Source of the DNA: Octopus sinensis
Lineage: Eukaryota
Length of the DNA stretch: 64,000 bases
NCBI RefSeq assembly: GCF_006345805.1
Contig: NC_043020.1
Coordinates: 29,264,001-29,328,000, forward strand
Direction: 5' to 3'
Numbering within the stretch: position 1 is the first letter of the stretch; each line of letters starts with the position of its first letter. A program made the translations under genes and the position numbers. Under the pieces are notes generated by a model. That model was not told where the DNA came from. It saw only the letters and a program-made list of their open reading frames with translations, and did not search any database. Below are positions 39,046-52,789 of this stretch, in pieces.

Positions 39046-39615
39046 GTGACAGGAAAGCTACCCCGCCTTCTCAACCCCGTACCAACCAAAATCGTTTGTC
39101 AGAAGCTCAACAAATCTTGATACTATGGAAGGGCTGCAATTGATAAACCCCATTCTTGTCCCCCATCAGCATTGATAAAAAGTGATATCTAGACACTCGG
39201 AAGAGGTTAATGGTTCAGTGGCCATCTCCGGCGAATCGCCATTCCAGAGATGAATCCCCATAAGTAGTCTGACTGTTTGGCCTTTACCGTGAAGCATGAT
39301 TTGGACAGCATATCACGAAATTCTCTTGACCCTTTACTCTCTTTTACTTGTTTCAGTCATTTGACTGCGGCCATGCTGGAGCACCGCCTTTAATCGAGCA
39401 ACTCGTCCCCGGGATTATTCTTTTGTAAGCCCAGTACTTATTCTATCGGTCTCTTTTAGTTGTTCTATATGACAGATTTATCTGAGTATTTTGGCTAATT
39501 ACCTCCATCCTATGGTACAGGCGAGAGAAATGAAGTTAGTCTAAATTTGAAAAGTTCGGGTCATATGAAAGCGGAAAAATAATGAGATGGGAGAGAGTTT
39601 CAAAGTCTGGCAGTT

Positions 39616-39988
39616 CGATGGAAGCACTCCGTCGGTTACGACGACGAGGGTTCCGGTTGATCCGAATCAACGGAACAGCCTGCTCGTGAAATTAACGTGC
39701 AAGTGGCTGAGCACTCCACAGACACGTGTACCCTTAACGCAGTTCTCGGGGAGATTCAGCATGACACAGAGAGTGACAAGGCCGGTCCTTTGAAATACAG
39801 GTACAACAGAAACAGGAAGTAAGAGTGAGAGAAAGTTGTGGTGAAAGAGTACAACAGGGATCACCACCATCCCTGCCGGAGCCTCGTGGAGCTTTAGGTG
39901 TTTTCGCTCAATAAATACTCACAACGCCCGGTCTGGGAATCGAAACCGCGAGTCCGCTGCCCTAACCAAAGGGCCATTGCGCCTCCAC
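39616..39988 (-). mobile_element. SINE family C
   Basis: Highly similar to 35533-35905; 10-bp TSD tctggcagtt at 39606-39615 / 39989-39998. A partial + copy lies at 49315-49560. Confidence 0.88.
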
Positions 39989-40539
39989 TCTGGCAGTTGA
40001 AGGAAGAAAGCTCTGACCGTTGAAAGACTTCTTTACTCGTGGAAGCACAACAGCATCTGGCGATATTGTTGCAGCGGAAATAATCAACAAGTGTAGATTC
40101 TCTTTATCAGTTCACTCATCTTGTCAATGCCTTTTGCATTGTTTTCCTTTTGTTTCTGTTATTAAAGCCATTCATGACTCTCCCCTTCGAACGTTGCAAA
40201 ATATATTTACTCAATTACTTCTCTTAGATTAGGAATTTCTATTGTTATCTCCCTTTGCACGTCTAAGGGGAGTAACTCTGTTGATCAACTTGGAATGTTA
40301 TTCGTTTATTTTAGTTTTTAGCTTTTACTTGTTTATTAATTGGACTGCAGCCATGCTGGGGCATAACTTTGAAGAAGTTTTAATCGAATGAATCGATTCT
40401 CATACTTTTTAAAGCCTGCTACTTATTCAATCGGTCTTTTTTTATCGATCCTCCAAGTTGCGATGACGTAAACACACCAACATCGGTGGTGGGGGATAAT
40501 CGCACACACACACACACACAAATATCTATACGGTTACAC

Positions 40540-40750
40540 ACACACATCCTTCACTCTTCTCTCTTCTCGAATTATACCATTTCGAATGTGCTCTTTTAAT
40601 GGTGTTCCAAGGATGGACCCTTCCATGGCCCTTTGTATCGATGCCAATCGATGTTCTATTCCCTTCGTGAAAGAAATCCTTATTCCCAGATACACAGGAT
40701 CCACAGAGAAGACTGCTGAGAAGACAATCCTTTTTACTATGCCCCAAGGC
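40540..40750 (-). mobile_element. RTE-clade LINE C-terminal fragment
   Basis: TKGIEHRLASIQRAMEGSILGTPLKEHIRNGIIREERRVKDV, a typical RTE QRAMER..LG....D..RN..IR motif. Confidence 0.65.
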
Positions 40751-41841
40751 CCCAAATTTTAGCCACGTTTGCGTCTGTTACAAATTATTATTAACAAAAT
40801 GCTTGTTGCTCTCTTACCCCGAGTGAACCCTAAATGAACAGACCTGTTGTTAAAGGGTCTTGTAAACGTGGCCATTCAGTATTTTTCCACATCCATGACT
40901 ACATTGTTTAACGCATCCTTCATTAAAAAAAATAATAGAGCGTGAATGCGGAAGATTTGACTGTTATTTCTTCTGTCCTAGACTGCCTCTAAATTCCGCC
41001 TCGTCATTTCATCTCTTGTCTCCTCTATACACCTTTACAGACCTTTACAGATTTTTCGACGACGGCCTTATTAATATCTGAAAGATGATATTTGCGCAAA
41101 ATAGCAGCCAGATCTCCCTCATAGCCAATATATTTATGTTGAAAAATATAAAACACCTTGAATAATAATGATTCCTAACGTTCTGTATATCCTACTCAAA
41201 CGTGGTTATACTGTAGAAATTTACAAAGTTGCGGTATTCGTTTCGAGACAGCATCTCGAATGGAGATACAGTTCTGAAAAAACACAGAAGCTTATCTGTA
41301 ACAGACAAAGGATGCCCACCACTTTTAATCTACTTCCAAAACAGCATTAATCTAAATTTGTGCTGATTTGAACTAATGATCCTTCTACGGCCCCGTCCAT
41401 TTGCTAATCACGGATTTCCTATATCAGTATAAACTAAATTTATCCAATGTTGTGGTTGTTACTGAACGCTTGCGACTGACGACGCTCAAGGATGCAGAAA
41501 TCTAGATTTAGCAATTTCACCGCCAGTTCTGGATACATATCTTTCTGTTCTCTGCCTCTTAGTCTGTATATTACCCCCCCTCTCTCTCACTGTGTGTGTG
41601 TGTGTGTGTACAAATCTATGGAACTGGGCATGTCAGGATATAAATAAGCGAATATGAGATAGTTGAACACGAACAGAAAAAAATATGACATGTAAAAGCA
41701 ACAAGAAAAGGCGAGATGTCAAGATGGAAGAGTAAGAAGGACGAGTTGTGAGGAGAACGTGAACAATATATATTAAACGAAACCACACAGACACAGATAA
41801 GAAAGGTTGATGTCTATGTATACGTGTATATGTGTGTATAT

Positions 41842-41880
<39 letters not shown>

Positions 41881-41959
41881 GAGAGAGAGAAAGAGAATAA
41901 GAGTGTGCGTGTGTGTACGTGTGGGTGTATGCACCCACACAAGAAAAGAGAGTACTCAA

Positions 41960-42300
41960 TACTGAACTTAGAATGGCATAGTTCATTGGAACGTGAAGCC
42001 TTACAAATCGTTACTCCCAATTTCATGGACGATTTTGGAAAATAGAGCATGAAATTGTATATATGATGTCTGGAAATCGTAGTAACCGCTAGTTAACTGA
42101 CAAACATACGACCAGAATGTTTCTACGCGTAAAAATAACCCAAGAATTATATACTTGTATAATCCACATTGACAGAGACTTCTTGAAATCTTTACATTTT
42201 TCGTCAAATCATAAAATTTTGATAGAAATACAGTTAAGGTAAGCTATTCACGTAACAAATTTGCAGGTTACATCAATAATTTTAATTCTGAAAACTTATC
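41960..42300 (+). mobile_element. Very degenerate PLE remnant (same clade as 17332-19131)
   Basis: FDRNTVKVSYS motif (gat aga aat aca gtt aag gta agc tat tca), matching LFNRHNLKISFS of the intact copy. Confidence 0.4.
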
Positions 42301-43289
42301 CCAAAATAATAATATGGTCAAGAGTTCTAACTACAAATATATTATAGCAATCAATAGCCCCTTAACGGTAATTGTGCTAAAGTCCAATTTCAAAGTAACA
42401 GTTCCTCTAGGAGTTACAATAGCGAAATCCAGAATTGCTTTAAGTATATTTTTATCAACATAATTAGACATTATGAAACTTGACAGGAAATTTGCCCCAA
42501 GCTTCTCCAAACACATCTGGTATTTAAAAGAAATATAATTCAAGCCGGCTAAAATCCAATCCATACTTGACCCACTGGTATGATATTCCTTGTGTATATA
42601 TTAGTTTCAATGTAGTTTGCGCTGCAAGCTTTGATTCATAAGGAAATTGATAATATTCCATGAAGTAAATAGATTAAACGACCACTCAGAAATATTAGGA
42701 ATTACCAGAGAGTCTTCATAGTTCCTAATTATGTATTTCCAATTAATACGTAGTCATTTCCATCTTAATGGCTAATTATTAACTCAGCATAATCTAAAAA
42801 TAAAACAAAATCGGGAAAATATACTTTTTTTTTTACCTTTTTGTCCTTCTTGAAAATACTGAATATATTCTGGTTATTTCCCTTGCATTATTATTACCAC
42901 TCACATCTATTCCTGAAATATACACACCGTATGGTAAGAAGTTCGCTTCGCAGCCACATGGTCCCGGGTTCAGTCCCACTGCGTGGCACCTTGGGCAAGT
43001 GTCTTCTACTATAGCCCCAGGCCGACCAAAGCTTTGTGAGTGGATCTGCTAGACGGAAACTGAATGAATCCCGACGTATATATATATGTATATATATATA
43101 TATGTATATATATACACATGTGTATGTATCTGTATATATGTATATATAAGTATCTATGTATGTGTGTGCATCTCTCTCTCGCTTTCGCATTTATATACAT
43201 ACTACATACATACATACATACATATATATATATACATACATACATACACACACACACATGAAAATATACCTGCATAGATATATTTTATA

Positions 43290-43347
43290 TATAGAATTAC
43301 GTGTATTTATATGTATTTGTATATGTATGTATGAATGTATGTATGTA

Positions 43348-43378
<31 letters not shown>

Positions 43379-43700
43379 ATGTATGTATGTTTGTATGTGT
43401 GCATGTGTGTGTGTGTGTATGTATGTATGAATGTATGTATGTATGTATGTATGTATGTATGTATGTTTGTATGTGTGCATGTGTGTGTGTGTGTATGTAT
43501 GTATGAATGTATGTATGTATGTATGTATGTATGTATGTATGTATGTATGTATGTATGTTTGTATGTGTGCATGTGTGTGTGTGTGTATGTATGTATGTAT
43601 GAATGTATGTATGTATGTATGAATGTATGTATGTATGTATGTATGAATGTATGTATGTATGTATGTATGTATGTATGTATGAATGTATGTATGTGCATGC
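43290..43700. repeat. (TATG)n microsatellite with higher-order repeats
   Basis: Direct reading. Confidence 0.95.
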
Positions 43701-44604
43701 AAGCGCATTCCGTGCAGATGCGTTCACGGTGGCGTTGCAGTCGAGCTTCAGTCGTAAATGTCTCGCATGAATGTCATTTCTCTTCACAACACATTTCACC
43801 ACCAACCATTCTTCACCAAGGAACCCTTTGCTTTCTGACATTTCGCAGAAGACGTCAGACGCCGCCTTGCCGCTCAGCTTCTTCGCCTCACATTCACAGC
43901 AATTACTCACGCGCATGCACACGCTCTTTCACATGCATACATAACAACTTACATACACACACACACACAACACACACACACACACACACACACACACCAC
44001 ACACACACACACACACCACACACACACACACACACAAATATACACAAACACACACACAAACATGCAAAACACACACACACATATATAATCACCGACGCAC
44101 CGCACACCCACGCTCACAACATATCGTATGGCTTGCTAGAAATAATAGCCAATTCTTCTGATTCTCCCAGGAAACCACAACCAACCGCTTTAGGAGATCC
44201 CACATCACCCCACACACACCACCACCACTACTACCACTACCACCACCACAAAAAAAAAATTAGTGGTAATTTTTGATGGGTTAAAAAGCAAAGAGCAATG
44301 CGTGATATTTTGATCAAGCGTCTTCAACTATAGCCCCAGGCCGATAAATGCCTCGTGCGCACGTTTGATAGAAGGAGACTGTGTGGAAGCCCGTCGTGTA
44401 TGTGTGCATGTATGTGTGTGCGTGCGTGCGTTTGTGTGTGTCCATTGCCTGATAACTTGTGTCGGTTTGTTTTCGTTCCATGTAACCTAGCAGTTCGACA
44501 AAAAGACACCGACAGAATAAGTACTATGATTGATTTGTTCAGCTAAACCCTTTCAAAGAGGTGCCCCAGCAAGGCTGCATTCCAGTGAGTGAAATAAGTA
44601 AGGG

Positions 44605-44715
<111 letters not shown>

Positions 44716-46130
44716 GTGCTGATATCAGAATGGAGTTCGGACTGAGAAAGTGTGGTGTGTTAGTCTTGAAAAAGAGGCAAAATCAAATGTATGGACGGAC
44801 TAACGATACCGTCGGGAGAGGTTATGAAGCAGATAGAAGAGACGGGCTATAAGTACTTGGGGATCTTGGAAATGGACAAATTAATGGAGAAAGAAATGAC
44901 AGAAAAAATTATGCTGGAGTACATGCGCAAACTGAGACTGACCCTTAAGTCGAAATTAAACGGACGGAATAAGTTTGAAGCTATCAACATCTGGGCGGTT
45001 TCACTCCTTAGATATGGAGCAGGGGGAAATTGCATGGACAGTAGATGAACTAAAACAGCTTAGACAGAAAGACAAGGAAGTTGCTGACTAGATATGGGAT
45101 ACTCCACCCAAAAGGGGACACAGACAGACTGTATGTTCCAAGAAAAGGAGGGGGAAGAGTACTGATTGGATGCGAACACAGCATTAGTGCAGAAGAAAAC
45201 AAAATAGCATAGTATGTATAAATGCCACAGAACCACTATTATTAGAAGTAGGAAGGTCAAGCTTGTGTAGGATGAAAGATTGCAAAGATAAAGCACTATA
45301 CAAGCAATTGAAAACGAATGAAACTGAAAATAGGTGGGTAAAGAAAAGAATGCATGTTGAAGATAAGACAGACAGAGAAAAAAGGTGGCTGTGGATAACT
45401 AAAAGTGATTTAAAACTGGAAACGGAGACCCTAATCTGTGCTGCCCAAGAGCAGGCACTAAGAACAAACTACATAAAATACAGAATAGACAACACATAGG
45501 AAAGTGATAAGTGCAGAATCTGTGGACAAAACGGCGAAACCGTATGGCATATTACCAGTTAAGAGACGCCACGACAATATAGCCAGGCTTGTCCATTCGA
45601 CACTTTGCAACAAGTATGGACTTGACAGAGCAAAAAATTGGTACGACCACAAACCTGAAAGCATCGTCGAAAATGATAATGCAAAGATCCTGTGGGATTT
45701 TACGATTCAGTGCGACCATGAGATAGAGAATAGGAACCCAGACAGAGTGTTAATTGAGAAAGAAAGCAAACTATGCTGGATCATAGATATAGCATACCCA
45801 GCTGACAACAAGGTAAGCGATAAGGAAGAAAGAAAAGTTGATAGATATGACAGGTTAGCTTGGGAGGTTAAGCAGTTGTGGTCGATGAAAAAGGTAGCAG
45901 TAGTACCAATAATTGTCGGAGCCCTGGGAACAGTGAGCAAAAATCTCGAGAAGTACATGGAACAAATAGGGGCTGCAATAAGGGTGGAGCACTTGCAGAA
46001 AACAGCACTGCTTGGAACCACCCGAATACTCCAGATGGTGCTTGAAAAATAAGAGGTGTGTCCTTAGTTCACTGGTAGTGAACAGCTGACACCGTAGTAC
46101 ATCTCCAGCGTTAGAAGCTGTGCAAAGGCA
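44716..46130 (+). mobile_element. 5'-truncated R4/Dong/Rex6-like non-LTR retrotransposon (RT thumb, CCHC finger, RLE)
   Basis: DIRMEFGLRKCGVL; YKYLGILE; LKSKLNGRNKFEAINIWAVSLLRYGAG; ICAAQEQALRTNY; KCRICGQNGETVWHI; RHDNIARLVH; KILWDFTIQCDHEIENRNPDRVLIEK...IIDIAYPAD..KEERKVDRYDRL; VVPIIVGALG; LQKTALLGT. Broken by frameshifts; flanked by (AAT)n. Confidence 0.92.
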
Positions 46131-47039
46131 GCAACAGCAACAACAATAATAATAATAATAATGATAATCCTGAAATTTGGGGGAGGTGGATAATCGATAA
46201 GATTGACCCCAGTACACAACTGGTACTTAATTTATCGACTCACACATATGCTCATACACACTTTCACACATGCACGTACACACATATACGCTCACACACA
46301 AAAAACACACGCTCTTTCTTGCTCTCTTTCTCCCCCCTCTCTTACATGCACACACACACGCACGCATACACACACACACACATCTTTCTTCATCGACAAC
46401 AAAGGGAAGCTAATATGCGGTTGCTTGATTTGCAAGAAATAACAGTCGGACTTCTCTCAACTTACGCCTTACTGCCTCTTCTGAGGGAGAACTACATTAT
46501 CCAATTTAGTTTAGACACGTCTACTAAGAAAACCCATGCCGACGGGACTGTCACGGATGGAACGCTTTTGATCACAAACCTACAGAATCAAAGACAACCT
46601 ATACATTTTACAAATAGGCGCAGATGTGGCTGTGTGGTAAGTAGCTTGCTTCCCAACCACATGGTTCCGGGTTCAGTCCCACTGCGTGGCACCTTGGGCA
46701 AGTGTCTTCTACTATAGCCTTGGGCCCACCAAAGCCTTGTGAGTGGATTTGGTAGACAAATGTGTATGTGCCGGTGTTTTCTCTCCACCACACTTGCTAC
46801 TGCTTGTCAACCGGTGTTGGTGTGTTTACGTCTCCGTAACTTAGCAGCTCGGTAAAACAGATCGATAGAATAAGTAGCAGGCTTTAAAAAAAAAATTAAA
46901 AAATTAAAAGTAAAGTACAGGGATCGAGTCATTCAACTAATAACCCTTTTCGTGGCGTTGCCCCAGCATGGCCGCAGCGAAACGCCTGAAACAAGCCAAA
47001 AGATAAACGAGAGAAGACGCAAAATTTACAGAAACCAAG

Positions 47040-47665
47040 GAAGGCTGCTGCTGTTTCTGCTGTCATTGTCAGCGTTATTGTTGCTGTTGCTGCTGCTGAT
47101 GTGCTGTTGCTGCTGCTGATGTTGCTGCTGCTGTTGCTGGTGATTTCCCTGCTGCTGCTGCTGTTGTCGTTGTCAGCGTTATTGTTGTTTTTGCTGCTGC
47201 AGATGTTGCTGTTGTTGCTGCTGTTGCTGTTGTTGCTGCTGTTGCTGTTGTTGCTGCTGTTGCTGTTGTTGCTGCTGTTGTTGTTGCTGATGCTGATGTT
47301 GCTGCTGCTGTTGCTGCTGTCGATGCTCCTGCTGCTGTCGTTGGTGATTTCCCTGCTGTTGCTGCTGCTGTCGTTGTTGTTGTTGCTGCTGTCGCTGGTA
47401 ATTCCCTTACTGCTGCTGCTGCTGTTGTTGCTGCTAATGTGGTTACTATTGACACATTGTTTTCGCTACTGTTGTTGCAGTTAAATGTTGCTGCTGCGGC
47501 TACTGCTGCTGCTAGTGTTGTTGTTGTTGTTCTTGGTACTTTTGTATTCTGTCACTGTTGTTCTTGCAATCGTCGTTGTTGTTGTTGTTATTGCTGTCCC
47601 CGTTGCTGCTGCTACCGCTGCTGCTGCTGCTGCTGCTATTGTTGTCGTTGATGCTGCGGTTGTTA
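47040..47665. repeat. Compound (GCT/GTT)n trinucleotide array with higher-order units
   Basis: 18-bp unit ctgttgctgttgttgctg repeated at about 47221-47280; ggt(g/a)att(t)ccc recurs three times. Confidence 0.85.
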
Positions 47666-47832
47666 CTGAGTTCAAATTCCGCCGAGGTCGACTTTGCCTT
47701 TCATCCTTTCGGGGTCGATAAATAAAAGTACCAGTTTCGCACTGGGGGTCGATGTAATCGACTTAATCCCTTTGTCTGTCCTTGTTTGTCCTCTCTGTGT
47801 TTAGCCCCTTGTGGGCAAGGAAAAGAAATATA

Positions 47833-47917
<85 letters not shown>

Positions 47918-47920
<3 letters not shown>

Positions 47921-48207
47921 GGCTCATGATCATTAGGTCATGAGATCGCAACCGGCGGCATGTAGTTGTGTAGGTATCAGTTAGAGGGGTTTAATATCTC
48001 TAAGGGATAATTAAATCCAAAGTCGCTCCTGGTTGGTACCTGGGTAGGTACAGTCTTTTGTAAAGATGTACGGTAGCAGGGGGTTCGGTTGGTAGACCGG
48101 AGTTTAGGTTATATACGAGAAGAAAATGGATGTAATAACAAGGGGAAACTTGTGGACATTAGATGTCGCCGGGTTGCGAACTCGTGACCTAATAATCATG
48201 AGCCGAA
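47918..48207. mobile_element. 290-bp MITE-like element with about 45-bp imperfect TIRs and a TA TSD
   Basis: ta|ttcggctcatgatcattaggtcatgagatcgcaacc ... ggttgcgaactcgtgacctaataatcatgagccgaa|ta. Confidence 0.5.
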
Positions 48208-49787
48208 TACCCATGACCACAAAGCCACCTGCCTTACTTTTCATTGTAGAGGCGTTTTCAATGACCAGCTCATCTCCCACAAATTCCAGGCCTTGTGCCA
48301 AAGCTAGAAACAATTATTGTTCAAGGCGTTGAATTCACAAAATAGTTTGGACAATCCTTGCTTTGGCATTTGACGTTCTGAGTTCAAACCCCACCGCGGT
48401 CAATTTTGCTTCCATTGTAGAGGTGTTTTAAATGACCAATTCACCCCCTTCAAATTTCAGGCCTTCTACAAATGCTAGAAACAATCATTGTTTAATGGCC
48501 GTGAATTGGAAAAATGGTTTGGACGGTCCTTGTCTTCACCTTTTACCTTCTAAATTAAGTCCAACCGAAACGAACTTCCTTTCATTCTGGAGCTGACTTA
48601 ACTTGTTAACACACTTTTTTTTTTTCAATTTCCTTGCAAAAAAAAAAAAAAAAAATTTATCATTTATTTTGAATCTGTACTCAAGGAAGAATAATTACAC
48701 AAATTATTTCGGATCAGTTATGGTTTATTATGAAGTTATTATTGAAAGAAATGATAGTTACGGATAGTTAAGGATGGAAAACGGGTATAACATCAAGAAC
48801 GAAGCATTTCGGGTCGGAAATAAGTGACAGATACCTCTGGACATCTCTGGACGAAAACACACGGAATAATATGTCGAGAGGCTAAACGCCTAACCTTTCC
48901 CTGTTCCAAAGCTCAGGCCTTGCACCCGCGTGAAAGACAATCATTACAAACTATCGTTTGCCATCATCATGAATGCTTAACGGAAACTCCAGAGAAAACT
49001 GGAAATTTCCGACGATTTGCTTGTTGCTAAAGAATGTCTTTGGAACTTCGAAAAGCTATTCTTTTTAACCCTGAGGTGGAAAATATGATGTTTTGTTTTT
49101 ATCTTCTACCTATGATTTGCTTCAGTCACTGGACAGTAGCCTTTCGGGGGCATCGTTTCGAAGGGGTTTTGTCGAACGAATCGACCCCAGGACTTATTTT
49201 ATAAGGTCTGCTATTTGATCTGTCGGTCTCATTTTGCCAAACCGCTAAATTACGGGCTCATAAACAAATCAATACCGGCGATCAGGCGGTGAGGGCGAAC
49301 AAACACACACACAGACCGGGCATTGTGAGTGTTTATTGAGGGAAAACACATGAAAGCTCCACGAGGCTCCGGCAGGGGGTGGTGGTGAACCCTGCTCTAC
49401 TCTTTCACCACAACTTTCTCTCATTCTTCCTGTTACTGTTATACCTGTACTTCAAAGGGTCAGTCTTGTTACACCCTGTGTCATGCTGACTCTCCCCCGA
49501 GAACTACGTTAAGGGTACACGAGTCTGTGGAGTGCTCAGCCACATCCACGTTAATAAATGAGCTGCGACCTCACTGGTGCCAAGCTGTATCGGCCCCTTT
49601 GCCTTTCCATTAGATAACATTGGTGGCATGGAAAGGGAAGACTGGTATGCACGGGGGACTGTTGGTCCTCCATAAACAACCTTACCCAGACTTGTGCCTC
49701 GGAGGGTAACTTTCGAGGTGCAATCCCATGGGCCATTCATCACCGGAGGGGGTCACACACAACATTATATATATATATAATATATAT

Positions 49788-49849
<62 letters not shown>

Positions 49850-49856
<7 letters not shown>

Positions 49857-50012
49857 CTAAGTTAATTAAGGGTTTAGCAACGAATTGCCTCACCACACAC
49901 CGAATTAGAAATAGCAGTCAAAGAGTTATAGCTATTGCTCTTGACTGCTATTTCTAAATTCGGGGTGTGTGGTGAGGCAATTCGTGCTAAACCCTTAATA
50001 CTTAGTATATGT
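49850..50012. mobile_element. Fold-back MITE-like palindrome in (TA)n
   Basis: Arms of about 75 bp (acatatactaag...tagaaatagcagtcaa.gag / ctcttgactgctatttcta...cttagtatatgt) around a loop of about 12 nt. Confidence 0.7.
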
Positions 50013-50025
50013 TTATATATATATA

Positions 50026-50065
<40 letters not shown>

Positions 50066-50068
<3 letters not shown>

Positions 50069-50143
50069 TTATACTAATACATCTGTTAGTTTTGTACACC
50101 ACCTGTCTTCGTCTTTTGTTTTTTTTTTTTGTGAATTCTCCCT
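50066..50143 (+). mobile_element. 3' fragment of family H3 in (TA)n
   Basis: gcgttatactaatacatctg...tacaccacctgtcttcg...ccc is the reverse complement of about 10477-10550. Confidence 0.65.
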
Positions 50144-50586
50144 ATATATATGTATGTATATATAATATATATATATATATGTATGTATATATATATATGT
50201 GTGTATGTATATGTGTATGTATACGTATGTATGTATATGTGGTGCTATTAAGCTTGTATATAGATATGTATATATGTATTTGTGTATATATGATTTGCAA
50301 CCGTTTTTTATTTTTCTGTTTATATATATTTTCGGTTCTTTTCTGGCATAATATGCTACATTTTATGAAAATTTTGAAAATCTGAGTAAGGCTAGATTAA
50401 ACAGACCTACGATCAAAGACTTTCCACCCGTGACATTTTTGTTAATGCTGTCTAGAATTACATTTTCTAATTCAAGATAGGCTGTAGGGAATATGTAGGA
50501 GATTTGACTGTTATTTCTAGCAAATTCGGTGACAACGTAAAGAGTCGTTCTCGGGATCCCCTTTTACAACATATATATGTTATATA

Positions 50587-50686
50587 NNNNNNNNNNNNNN
50601 NNNNNNNNNNNNNNNNNNNNNNNNNNNNNNNNNNNNNNNNNNNNNNNNNNNNNNNNNNNNNNNNNNNNNNNNNNNNNNNNNNNNNN
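50587..50686. other. Assembly gap (100 N)
   Basis: A run of exactly 100 N; adjacency across it is not guaranteed. Confidence 0.99.
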
Positions 50687-51873
50687 TCCGAAAGTACCAA
50701 AATGGATTCAGACATGGGGCGCTCAACGCTGAGCCAGATACTATGCCTACGCAGACTTATTGAAGAATCAAAAGCATTTAATCGCGATCTTGCAATGGTA
50801 TTTGTAGACTTTTCTAAAGCGTTCGACTCTGTAGATAGGTACAAGATGTTTGAAATCCTTAAGCTCTATGGGATACCAGACAAAATCATTTCTGCCATCA
50901 AGGTCCTCTACACAGATAGTCTTCAACCATCTTAACCCCTGACGGAGAAACATCATCTTTCTCAATCAAAGCGGAATACTGCAGGGAGACACACTCTCCC
51001 CATTTCTTTTCATCATTGCGTTGACTATGTGCTACGTATGTCAGTTGATACCATCTCTGGCAAGGGCTTTGAAATAAAACCAAGAAGTTCCAGACACCCA
51101 GCTGAATACTTGACAGACACTACTTTGCTGACGACATCGCTCTTATCAGTGATTCTCTCTCCAATGCCCAGTCTCTTTTACAATCTCTTGAACAAGCCTC
51201 AAATTGTGTAGGTCTTTACCTCAATGAGGCCAAAACTGAATACATAAACAAGTGCCTGTCCAACAGTGATTGCATATCCACACTCTCAACAATGCGCCCT
51301 TAAATATGGTTTCTGATTACAAATATCTTGGTCATACATATCATCATCTGGAAAAGACTTTCTAACTAGAAAGGGTATGGCCTGGTCAGCCTGTAATGAC
51401 ATGCATCAGATCTGGTCATCAACTCTAGGTAGAGACCTCAAACTTGAAATCTTCAAAGCCACAGTCGAACCAATTCTACTATATGGCTCAGAAACCTGGA
51501 CGTTTCAAAGAAGCTTGAGAGGCGGTTGGATGGAACCTACACTCGCCTCTTATGAGAGCTCAAAATCTCTCGTGGAGGCGCCATCCAACCAAAATGTAAA
51601 TACATGGGAAACTACCACCTGTGTCATCTCTGTGAAAGGTAGGAGAGTCCAGTTTGCTGGACATTGTTGTAGAGCTGAAAAAGAGGTAATTTCTACTCTT
51701 CTCCTCTGGAAGCCACTACTCGCAATACCAGAGGGCGCACACTCTCCTAACCTGATGTAATCTCCAGGATACAGGCATCCAGCAACAGGACCTCCGTATG
51801 CATGATGGACCGTGAAGTCTGGCGTAGCATGGTAAATTCCATTGTCTCGACCACGGTCGAACATGATGATGAT
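50687..51873 (+). mobile_element. RTE-clade LINE (RT domain to 3' end), degenerate, 5' side cut by the assembly gap
   Basis: RSTLSQILCLRRLIEE..VFVDFSKAFDSVDR..LKLYGIPDKII; GILQGDTLSPFLF; FADDIALI; DYKYLG; IFKATVEPILLYGSETWT; VQFAGHC. Hairpin at 51847-51860, then a (GAT)n tail. Confidence 0.92.
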
Positions 51874-52199
51874 ATATATGTTGTGTGTGTTTGTCATTCA
51901 CCGTTTCTCCAACGGTGTTGCTTTGTTTACGCCTCCGTAACGTAGCGGTTCGGCACAAAGACCAATAAAAATAAGTACCACGTTTTTAAAAGAAAGGAGC
52001 ACTAAGGTTGACTCGTTCCCCTAAACCTTTCGAGGCGATGCCCCAGTATGGCCGTAGTCCAATGACTGAAGCAAGTAATATATATAATATATATATATTA
52101 TCTATATATATATATATAGATACATATACAACACACAAATATCTATCTATCTATCTATCTATCTATCAATCTATCTATCTATCTATCTATCTATCTATG

Positions 52200-52237
<38 letters not shown>

Positions 52238-52365
52238 ATATTATTATATATATATATATATATATTATATAATATTATATATATATATATATATATTGTT
52301 ATATGTCGGAATGGTCATTTTGCCATTTAGCCAATATATATATATATATATATACATATATATTA

Positions 52366-52780
52366 CTCCTTTTACTCTTTTACTCTTTTACTTGTTTCAG
52401 TCATTTGACTGCGGCCATGCTGGAGCACGCCTTTAGTCGAGCAAATCGACTCCGGGAATTATTCTTTGTAAGCCCAGTACTTATTCTATCGGTCTCTTTT
52501 GCCGAACCGCTAAGTGACGGGGACGTAAACACACCAGCATCGGTTGTCAAGCAATGTTAGGGGGACAAACACAGACACACAAACACACACACACACATAT
52601 ATGAATATATACATATATACGACAGGCTTCTTTCAGTTTCCGTCTACCAAATCTACTCACAAGGCATTGGTCGGCCCGGGGCCATAGCAGAAGACACTTG
52701 CCCAAGACGTCACGCAGTGGGACTGAACCCGGAACCATGTGGTTGGTTAGCAAGCTACTTACTACACAGCCACTCCTATA
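52366..52780 (-). mobile_element. SINE family A, full length
   Basis: Reverse complement of the family A consensus. Confidence 0.9.
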
Positions 52781-52789
52781 ATGTATGTA

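Noticed and set aside
43710-43920. CpG-rich non-repetitive head of ORF 43191..43922
   Set aside because: No recognisable domain, and the frame is open only because it runs into (TACA)n.
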